From Macrostomum lignano (Eukaryota): a stretch of 34,684 bases of DNA. Positions within the stretch are counted from its first letter, which is position 1; each line of letters opens with the position of its first letter. Location: the NCBI GenBank assembly GCA_002269645.1, contig NIVC01001871.1, positions 123,720-158,403 on the forward strand, written 5' to 3'. The position numbers were made by a program, and so were the translations under genes. The notes under the pieces were generated by a model, which searched no databases, was not told the origin of the DNA, and saw only the letters and a list, made by a program, of their open reading frames with translations. Below are positions 20,801 to 30,900 of this stretch, piece by piece.

Positions 20801-23503
20801 AGAGAGAGGCAGAGAATAGAGAGAGACAGAGAAGTAGAGAGAGGCAGAGAAGTAGAGAGAGCAGAGAATTAGAGAGAGGCAGAGAAGTAGAGAGAGACAG
20901 AGAAGTAGAGAGAGGCAAGAGAATTAGAGAGAGGCAGAGAATTAGAGAGAGGCAGAGAATTAGAGAGAGACAGAGAAGTAGAGAGAGGCAGAGAATTAGA
21001 GAGAGGCAGAGAATTAGAGAGAGGCAGAGAAGTAGAGAGAGACAGAGAAGTAGAGAGAGGCAAGAGAATTAGAGAGAGGCAGAGAATTAGAGAGAGACAG
21101 AGAAGTAGAGAGAGACAGAGAAGTAGAGAGAGACAGAGAAGTAGAGAGAGAGAGGCAAGAGAATTAGAGAGAGGCAAGAGAAGTAGAGAGAGGCGGAGAA
21201 GTATAGAGAGGCAGAGAATTAGAGAGAGGCAGAGAAGTAGAGAGAGACAGAAAAGTAGAGAGAGGCAAGAGAAATAGAGAGAGACAGAGAAGTATAGAGA
21301 GGCAGAGAATTAGAGAGAGGCAAAGAAGTAGAGAGAGGCAGAGAAGTAGAGAGAGGCAGAGAAGTAGAAGGACACAGAAGTAGATAGACAAGGATAAATT
21401 TGTTGGTAGTAATGCAAATGTTGCACCTTAACGTATTCGGTCCAGATCTCTCTCAGAGAGTAGTAGTCCCTAGTGGAGAAGATCAGGTTAAACGTCTCCT
21501 CGTCGGTACCCCAGCGTTCTTCACCGGCTTTAAAAAGCCTGTTGGCGTCGTTCTTAGCCTGGAATGTGTGGGCAGTTGGTGAGATTTGTTCATCAAATGA
21601 TACTACCTGTGTCCTGTGTGCATTTTTACTGATAGTAGTGTAGTTAAAAAATTATAGGAAAATCTCCACGATCGCCACTCACCTTCTGCATGTCCACCAG
21701 CTTCTGGTAGTTAATGTCGAACATTCCAGTCGGCTTGTCGTTGGCGATCACCTCCTCGACAGCCTGCTCAAGGCGCTCGCGGGTGATCTCATAGCGACCG
21801 CCCTGCATTGAAGAGTTTGGGGTTGGGCTCCAGCTCCGTCTCTTGTTTTCATCTCCACTCTCTCTCAAACTCCACTCTCTTTTCCACTCTCTCCCATCTC
21901 CTCTCTTGCTCATTCCCACTCTCTCTCATTTCCACTCTCTCATTTCCACTCTCTTCTCCACTCTCTCCCATCTCATCTCTCTCATCTCCACTCTCTCATC
22001 TCCACTCTCTCTCATCTCGAATCTCTCTCAACTCCACTCTCATTTCCACTCTCTCTCATCTCGAATCTCTCTCAACTCCACTCTCATTTCCAATCTCTCT
22101 CATCTCGAATCTCTCTCAACTCCACTCTCATCTTCTCTCTCACTCCACTCTCATCCACTCTCTCTCATCTCGAATCTCTCTCAACTCCACTCTCATTTCC
22201 ACTCTCTCTCATCTCGAATCTCTCTCAACTCCACTCTCTCTCATCTCGAATCTCTCTCAACTCCACTCTCTCTCATCTCGAATCTCTCTCAACTCCACTC
22301 TCATCTCCACTCTCTCTCATCTCGAATCTCTCTCAAACTCCACTCTCTTCTCCACTCTCTCCCATTTCCTCTCTCTCATCTCCACTCTCTATCATCTCCA
22401 CTCTCTCTATCATCTCCACTCTCTCCCATCTCCTCTCTCTCTCATCTCCACTCTCTCTCATCTCCATCTCCACTCTCTCCCATCTCCTCTCTCTTATCTC
22501 CACTCTCTCTCTCATCTCTACTCTCTCTATCATCTCCACTCTCTATCATCTCTACTCTCTCTATCATCTCCACTCTCTATCTCACCTCCATCTTCACACT
22601 CTGTCCTCTCCATCTTCAGCCTCTCTTTCACCTCCCGATTCCAATCCCCTGCACACCTGTGAGGCAGCCACGAGCAGCTTCTTGAAGTTTCCGCTGGTGT
22701 CCCCGCGGATGTCGTCTTCCAGCAGCGACTTGGACGCCTTCCTGTTCGGGCTGGCCACGTCGGTGTAGACCTCCTTCATCTCGCGAATCTGCGCGTTGGT
22801 CCGCGTCATGAAGATCTCGATGAGAGCCTGCTCGTCCGTGCCCAGGCCGTAGATGGCCTCCTTGACCGACCAGGCGTCGTAGATTGCCGGCTGCACGAAG
22901 CAGGCCATGACGGCTTCGCGGAAATCGCCCGACAGCTCGCTCTTGATGTCGGTGATGAGATCGCGGCCGTACATGGTCTTGAACATCTCCTTGAGGCGCT
23001 GGCGCTGGGCGTTGCACCGCGTGGCCACGACATGGATGATGGCGTCTTCGTCAGTGCCCAGGCCTTTCATCGCCTTGCGCAGGTATTCACAATCGGCCTC
23101 CGGATCCCACGGCTTGTCAGCGAGGTCCTGGCTGCGTTCCTTTCTGTAGAAGTCCGCGACCGGATCATCGGCAGGATAGTTGCCGAACGGCTTCACGGTG
23201 CCCTCTGTGATCTCGAAAGTCCCGGACACTGACAGCCGCCGCATCAGCTCGTCGACGAACATTTTCTTGATCTCGGCTTTCAGCGTGTCGCTTTTGGCGA
23301 CCTCATCCTGGGGCGGCGGTGCTGGCTGGCGGTTGGGTGGGGAGAGAGGCGAACCCGATTTAACTAAGGGTAACTAAGGGTATCGTGAAGAAAATTCTAT
23401 TAGAGAAAAATGAAGCTTTAATCCACAAAAATCCACGATATGGAGCGAGAGGGAAAAACAGCAATCCTAGCAATCCATAAAAACCCTTCCAACCCGAGGG
23501 AGA

Positions 23504-23584
<81 letters not shown>

Positions 23585-25639
23585 GAAGCTTCAATCCACA
23601 AAAATCCACGAGAGAGGCGAACAACAATCCACAAAAATCCACGAGAGAGGCGAACAACAATCCACAAAAATCCACGAGAGAGGCGAACAACAATCTACAA
23701 AAATCCACGAGAGAGGCGAACAACAATCCACAAAAATCCACGAGAGAGGCGAACAACAATCCACAAAAATCCACGAGAGAGGCGAACAACAATCTACAAA
23801 AATCCACGAGAGAGGCGAACAACAATCCACAAAAATCCACGAGAGAGGCGAACAACAATCCACAAAAATCCACGAGAGAGGCGAACAACAATCTACAACA
23901 ACCCACGAAAGACAGACGAAGCTCCAGTGCACATAACCCACGAGAGAGGAACAGACGAAGCTTCAATCACAACAACCCAACGAATGCAGAGGAGCTCCAG
24001 TAAGACTGACTCACCGGAGCGGTGGGCGCAGCTGCGATCTGCTGCGGCTCCTGCTGGTACATGGCGCCGCCGGCCTGCATGCGCTGATGCTCAGCCGCCA
24101 TGGCCGCCATCTGGCGCTGCATCTGCTGCATGGCGAACGTCTGCTGATCGTATATCTGCGTGTTCATGTGGTTGATGTAGGAACTGTACGGCATTGACTG
24201 CGGCTCCACTGGGACGGGTGCCGGCATCTGAAATTCGAAATTCGGTATTTGATTGTCTTATTAAAACTTTCTTCATAGCGTGAAAAGGTTAGTATATTCC
24301 ACAGATACTGAGAATAACTCACAGATACTAGAATAATAGTTATTCTTCTAGTATCTGTAGAATAGCTAGATGGGCCACTCAGCACATTTGCGTGTAAGCT
24401 ACTTTCAGTTCAGTAGCAGGGTTAGACAGAAGCATTTTAATGTATTTTTAAAGCCAAGGCTCATTGATCGGCTCTTACCCAGCCCCCCGGGTTAAACCCT
24501 CCAACCGCGCCTTTCCACACTGCCCCCGCCCCAATTTTTATTGTCTTTCTCGGAATTCCAGCCTAAAGCTGCCATGTACATTTCAGTGGACTGGCTAATG
24601 TACATTATTGCTGAACCAATTAGCAAGTTGTTTACGCCTGCAAGCTTGGGCTTCGAAACTTTTCAAAGTCATTTCAGCTGCCTTTATTTTTATATAATAG
24701 CTTATGTATTCTTCTTTGCTACTGAACTGAAAGTAGAAAGCTGTTTTACTAAGTATATATGCCTGAGTGGCCCATCCAGTTATTTTAGTATCTGTGGTAT
24801 TACTCATACTCATACCATCTGCGGCTGGGCACCATAGTGCTGATTCATTTGCTGCACCGCCGGTACCGACTGGAAGGAGGCAAAAGCGTGACTCTGCTGC
24901 CAGCCAAGGCCGCTACCCGGAGGGGCTGCGGTGGTTTTTGAAGAGTTTAATTATTTTTTAATCGTCTAAAGCTGTATCCTTATTGGGTAAAATCAGAAAA
25001 AAACAGCTACATTCGAACCAACATTACCCTGCTGACCATAGGCCTGACCATAATTGACATTGTAAGACGAACTCATTGCACCGTAGGCGTTCTGACTGAA
25101 CACGCCTCCTGATGGGGGATAGTTACTTCCATACTGAAAATTTAATTGTTAGGTGCTTTGTCTAGATTTTAATTTAGAATTAGTAATATACATGTAGAAA
25201 GTTTTATGTAGGCAGATTTTGTCAATTTACTTTGTGAATTACAGTGCAAGAAGACAATTTGTAAACGGAAAATTGAATTCCGTTTGTATAGGATAAGTTT
25301 GCTGATATTTTATTTATAGTGTTGTATCATGTATCATTTTTATTCTTTAACATCTTAACATAAAGCTTCATTGCAAACAACCAATAATCTATACAACAAA
25401 TCACATTATGACTTAATAAACTCTGAATACTTTGAGCAATCATTAAATAAGGGAAAGTTTACAAAAAACCTAAAGGTTTTAGCCTAAACACACTACAATA
25501 TTATTAAAATATATATTTAAAAAATAATATTGTCATTTCGAGACAAATTTAGTCATTGTAAAATCTAAGGTCCTATTATTCGTAGCAATGACTGACTCAT
25601 ATGAATTGGCAAAATGTATGCTTTACTTACGAATGCCAT
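17817..25639 (-). CDS. Annexin with long Gly/Tyr/Pro/Gln/Met-rich N-terminus (annexin A7/A11-like architecture); 9 coding exons: 25639-25631, 25133-25028, 24925-24816, 24227-24015, 23325-22657, 21802-21683, 21558-21427, 19351-19163, 17942-17817; ~557 aa
   Basis: Four annexin repeats: [10 protein letters not shown]…[16 protein letters not shown]…[16 protein letters not shown]…[16 protein letters not shown]…[10 protein letters not shown]. All eight introns are GT-AG and phase-compatible. Start in aacaacATGGCATTC|gtaagt. The N-terminal exons are less certain than the core. Confidence 0.93.
18075..19113. repeat. ~16-bp C-rich minisatellite (CCCCACCTCACTCCTT) in the last annexin intron
   Basis: About 1 kb array; source of the spurious 458-aa Pro/Ser/His ORF. 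Confidence 0.95.
19803..21390. repeat. ~18-bp GA-rich minisatellite (GAGAAGTAGAGAGAGGCA) in annexin intron 7
   Basis: About 1.6 kb almost pure purine array on the + strand. Confidence 0.97.
21845..22600. repeat. CT-rich degenerate minisatellite (CTCCACTCTCTCAT / CTCGAATCTCTCTCAA) in annexin intron 5
   Basis: About 750 bp pyrimidine array. Confidence 0.93.
23500..23582. repeat. (GA)n microsatellite in annexin intron 4
   Basis: About 40 GA dinucleotides. Confidence 0.98.
23593..23985. repeat. 33-bp minisatellite (AATCCACAAAAATCCACGAGAGAGGCGAACAAC) in annexin intron 4
   Basis: About 10 units; gives a [11 protein letters not shown] period-11 pseudo-ORF. Confidence 0.95.
24366..24779. mobile_element. 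MITE family A, copy 2 (~414 bp), in annexin intron 3
   Basis: TIR CTAGATGGGCCACTCAG / CTGAGTGGCCCATCCAG. Internal blocks (gcctaaagctg…atgtacatttcagtggactggctaatgtacatt…gcaagcttgggcttc) shared with 9247-9652 in the same orientation. Confidence 0.87.
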
Positions 25640-27337
25640 GTTGTTTAAGCTCAGGATACCGTGGTAATAGCTAAAGTTTCTTTTTGAAAATCACCAGTAC
25701 CAGTGCATACCAGAAAAATTATTTGAAGCACTAATAACTAACTTGAAGCTGGAACTGTTTACATTAGACATTTGTATACAGTAACACTTACGTTTCAGAA
25801 AAATATTTAACTGATTATTTAATAAAAAGAAAATAAATTTTGCTTGGTAATTAGTCTTTTCAAATATTTTTATTACAAGTACAAAAGTTTTGATTTAATT
25901 CTTTAAGTTCATCGAACGTTCGAATTCTGTTAAGTCCGGACAATGCAAACTTATACTGTACAAGCTACTCAGAAACTTAACTTTCATAGTTCGCCGTTTT
26001 TTGAAAGTTTTTTTATGATCTGCTGAATTGTTTTAAAACAAATATTGTTTGTAAAAATGTGAGCTTCAAGGACTACTAGACTAACATTTAAACATTTCAG
26101 TGGTCCTTGTTGGTGAGCTTTTGCAGTGAAGCCCTATACTTTGATTGTTTTGTGTTTTTTCACTAGACGTGAAAACTCTTAGTATTTCTTTTTTATGAAT
26201 GCGAAATCTTTTTGCGATTTTTATTTAGAGTATGTATTTAATTTTTACTCATTTTGCATTACGAGTACATGTATAAATTTCACAGATATTTGCATGGAAA
26301 TTTGGAACAATTCATGCTTGGATACATGCGCATGTACTAGCAAGCATGCTTCTCAATTTAATTAAATTTAAGATACAGACAGCATGCAGGAAAAAATAAT
26401 CGATCGTAATTAAATCGAGCAAAATAATATCGCAAAACAAAAACTGCATATGTAATTTGTAAGATGTACTACTATTCACTATTTTACTATTTTACTTACA
26501 TTATTACTTGAAGTAGAAAATTTTTCCCGGGGTTGCGTTGATTAGCGTGGCTTTCACTTGAAAACGATCAAACGTGGCCTTAATTGGACTCCTCCCCCCA
26601 CAAGATCCTTAAGGCGGCAATACACACTTTATGCTATATGGTTTCTATTTCATTAAAAAGCGACCAGATGCCCATGTCAAATCTTATCTGCCCCAACGGC
26701 TGTTTATTCCCCAATTGTTCCAAGAATATATCATGCTTTCAATATGTCTTTAAGCGCGCGACCCCCCGACGCCATTCATCATGCGCCCTTGACCGCAGTT
26801 AACTCTGGAGCTCGCGCGGCTGCAGCTGTTGCGAGCGCCTGGAAAGGAAAGGATGGCGCGGGGAGGAGAATTGGTAAAAAAACGGGATGGTAGATACGCG
26901 GCCGAGAAGAAAAAGCAGGCAAATATGGTCAAGCTGAAAGCAACTTCCGGGAAGAAGGAATCAGAAGGAATAAAGAAAATGGACCGACAGAAAACAACAA
27001 GCCGGCAGCTTATGCCTTTGTCGGAATATATCATCTCTGCATTTGCGAGGCCGAATGTAGTTTGCTATTTCTGGGGCAATTCCATGCACTCCACCCTTTT
27101 CCAATATCTTATCAATAAAATCTGCAACCAGAGGTCTAGAAAGATCCCATAGGGATCCCACATTTGCATTGCTTCAAACACTAATCTGTATGTCTAGCAG
27201 CTCTGTAAACTCTGAAATTGCATTAAGGCTACTTATATAGACTTTGGATGTTAATTAGAAATTTCTAATTACCTACCTATTGATTCTGCATTGCACCTCA
27301 TCAATAGTTCTAGCATGTAGTCTGACACTTGTACATG

Positions 27338-27559
27338 TACTGTAACACTTGTTTGATTGTGTCTGTTGGTTACTGTAACACTTGTGTGATTGTGCGTGTT
27401 GGTTACTGTAACACTTGTGTGATTGTGCGTGTTGGTTACTGTAACACTTGTGTGATTGTGCGTGTTGGTTACTGTAACACTTGTGTGATTGTGCGTGTTG
27501 GTTACTGTAACACTTGTGTGATTGTGCGTGTTGGTTACTGTAACACTTGTTTGACTGTG
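27338..27559. repeat. 33-bp minisatellite (GTTACTGTAACACTTGTGTGATTGTGCGTGTTG), interrupted by the LTR element and resuming at 34305-34330
   Basis: About 7 units, each containing the palindrome GTTAC-T-GTAAC. Confidence 0.95.
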
Positions 27560-27845
27560 TGTTTGGGAGGTAGATTAGTAGCATTGATTTTCTTTCCAAT
27601 TCCACTGCGTGATTTAATGTACGTGTTTATTATTCAATTTTCTATGTACGCTGATTTAGCCCAGGCCCATCTCACCCACCCCCCTCCACGCTGGCTGATT
27701 CTGACTGACTGCAATAAATATATCATCGAGAGGGCTTATTAGCCCTGTGTACGGTTTACGCTTTTCGTTTTGTTAGCGTCTCGCTTGAGCCTCAGCTCCA
27801 AAATAGTTATTGGCGGACCATCGGTCTTTTCATTTCTATAGTACA
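27560..27845 (+). repeat. 5' LTR (286 bp)
   Basis: TGTTTGGGAGG…TTCTATAGTACA; no difference from the 3' LTR found by eye; contains AATAAA. Confidence 0.97.
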
Positions 27846-27848
27846 TTT

Positions 27849-27866
27849 TGGTAGCAGAGCGTGGTT
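27849..27866 (+). promoter_or_regulatory. Primer-binding site TGGTAGCAGAGCGTGGTT, complementary to the 3' end of an initiator tRNA-Met
   Basis: Begins 3 nt after the 5' LTR. TGGTAGCAGAG is the reverse complement of the …CTCTGCTACCA end of animal tRNAiMet. Confidence 0.8.
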
Positions 27867-27913
27867 GGACAAGCCTAACTTACCACTGACGTGGCAAGCA
27901 ATAGAACCCTACT

Positions 27914-30900
27914 GTGAAACGAAGGACCAGGATGGACAGTGACGACGCCAATGAGCAGCAGCAGCAGGAAGCCCAAGACGATGCCGGCGCCCTACGTTTA
28001 GAGAAGCTGCGCTTCGAGAAATCCCGAAAAAAAGCAGCGTTCACTCGTTGCAAAAACAAGCTGTCTTGGCTGTTAAAGACGCACGCCTCTGATGACGAAG
28101 TGCAAGTTGCCTGTGACGCTCTGTCAGACCTGCAAGATCTGGTCAGCGCCATCCAGGAAGAACTGCATGAAGGCTACGCCGACGCCAAGGACAACGAGAG
28201 GCGACAGCGCCTACTAGACGAAATGGAGGAGACGGAGCGCGACTACCAAGCTGCCATGCAGCGCGTCGAAAGCGCCAGAAACCGGAGATTGCAGCGCGCC
28301 AAAGAAGCTCCTCCTGCCGCGAGCTCAAGCGGTGAGAACGCTGCGGGTGACCAAGAAGAAGCAGCTGGTGAGTTACACAAACTTTCTGGCAGTGCTGCGT
28401 CCAGCAAAGGATCCAACCCGAAGGAGCTTTCAAAGGATTTGTGGAAGATGCTGAAGCGTGTTGAAATCCCAACGTTTAGTGGAGAAAAGCAGAAGTATGA
28501 AAACTGGAAGGCAGCCTTTGTTGCGTGCATCGACAGCGCCCCTGCAACACCAGAATTCAAGTTGCTGCAGCTTAGGCAGTACCTCAGCGGTGAAGCTTTG
28601 AAGGTTATAGAACATCTAGGACACTCTGCTGCGGCATATGAAGCTGCAAAAGAGAGATTAGAGAGAGAATTTGGTGGACAGCGTAGGCAACTTGCTCTGC
28701 ACTTGGAAGAGCTGGACAGCTTCCCGATCGTGCGAAATGGAAACGCCAAGGATCTGAAAAGCTTTGCTAATCTACTGGATGTGGCTGTCGTTAACCTTGA
28801 GGATGCGGGTAAAGAGGCAGAGCTTCAAGATGGGATGTTGTATGTGAGGCTGCAGAAAAAGTTGCCTGAGCAGATGGTTGCCAGCTACCGGAGGTGGATC
28901 TTTGAGCAGCGGAAGCCGGAGAGTGTTAGAAATCTGAGAATTTGGGTGCTGCAAGAAGCAGAGTTTCAGACTGAAGCGTCAGAGATTGTGCAGGGCGTTG
29001 CCACCATGCAGCAGGAGCGTCAAAAGCGAGAGCAGCGACCAAAGACTTTCGTTACTACGGACAGTGACAAGAAGGTACAGCGAAAGATTTGCATTGTTTG
29101 TCAAGGTGATCACGAGCTGTGGTCCTGCAGTGAGTTCAAGGAGCTTCCGGTGGAAAAACGCTGGGACGCGGCGCAGAGCTCGAAGTGTTGTTTCCGGTGC
29201 TTGGGCCAAGGACATCTTGGTAGCCAATGTCGGCGTGGTCGTCGGTGCGGCATCAGCAGCTGCACAAAGTTCCATCATCGCCTGCTTCATGCAGAAAAAG
29301 TGTTGGCCAAGTCTGGTGAAGCGAAGCAGACTGCATCCAAGGACGCTAAATCCGCTTCCAGTTCAGGAAAGACTGGACCGGTGACGCTTCTGTCGGCTGG
29401 TGAAACGGCAATCTCGCTACGAACGGTACCTGTAGTCCTACGGAACGGGTCCCGGAAGCTGAAGGTGAATGCCTTGCTCGACGATGCCAGTACCAGGAGC
29501 TACGTCAACATCGGGATAGCAGAAGCGCTTGGAGTGCATGGAGCGCTCGAAAAGGTGAAAGTCGGAGTCATCAATGGCCAAACAGAGACCTTCATGACAG
29601 CCCCAGTCTGCTTTAGCTTGGAAAGTCTGGATGGTCAGACCAGCTCAATGATCGTCGCCTTCACCGCTGATCACGTGACTGGGTCCCTCAAAGGCGTCGA
29701 CTGGCACGAAGAAGCGCAGCAGTGGCCTCATCTGAGAAATGTGCCGTTTCCGAAGCTGTGTGAGCCTGCAGTAGTGGACTTGCTGATTGGTGCTGATCAC
29801 CCGGATCTTCACGTGTCTCTCAAAGAAATCGTCGGACAGCCGCTGGAGCCAAAGGCGCGCCTGACTCCCCTGGGTTGGACGTGCATCGGTCGCACAGAGC
29901 AGGACAATTCTGAGATGCAGAACGCCCATTTTGCTGCCACTTTCTTCAGCTGCGATTCCGAATCTGGTCAGGTGGCTAAGATCCTGCGGCAGTTTTGGGA
30001 GATCGAGAACGTCTCAGAAGGTGCCAATCGAAGTCCGCTGACCGCCGATGAGGAGAGAGCCGTCCAGCAAGCCAAGTCGTCGCTAAAGTACACGAAGGGC
30101 CGTTACCAGATCGGGATTCCATGGAAAAAGGATCGGCTGGCTCCAGCAGGCACTTTCTCAATGGCCTTGAAGCGACTAAAGAACACCGAACAGCGGCTGA
30201 TTAAGGATATGAACGTCTGCAAGCAGTATCAGGAGATCCTTGAAAAGTATGAACAGCAAGGTTATATCCGAAAAGTGTCGCAAGCTGAGACTGAAGGCCG
30301 CTGTTTCCTGCCGCACTTCCCAGTGCTGCGGCCAGACAAGGCTACGACAAAAGTGCGAATAGTCTTTGATGCATCGGCTGCCAGATTGAACGACCAGATC
30401 CTCCAGGGCCCCAAACTGCAGAGGGATTTGGTTGACGTGCTGCTTCGGTTCCGCCGACACCCGATTGCGATCGCATGCGACGTAGCGGAAATGTATCTCC
30501 AGATCGAGATGGACCCGAAGGACAGGCCGCTGCACAGTTTCCTTTGGCGGGACGCCGATCCTTCAAAGCAGCCGGATGTCTACGAGTTCAACAGAGTGGT
30601 GTTCGGCGTCACCAGCTCTCCGTTCTTGGCACAGTTCGTTACCCGCTGCCATGCTGAAAAGTCAAAAGGTGAGCTTCCAGAGGCGGCCGAGACAGTACTG
30701 CACTCTACCTATATGGATGACAGCCTGGACTCTGCGCCCACCGAGGCAGCCGCCTGCAGGCTGTACGATCAACTCAGTGAGCTCTGGAGGCGCGCCGGCA
30801 TGCACGCGCGCAAGTGGGTCTCGAACTCGAGAGCTGTGCTCGATAGAATCCCACCTGAAGACCGTGCAGCCGAAGTTACCTTGGACAGCAAAGAACTACC

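Noticed and set aside
26750-27161. Short ORFs upstream of the annexin (26750-27034, 26829-27152, 26961-27161)
   Set aside because: No recognisable domain and no consistent splice signals; may be promoter/UTR or a decayed element
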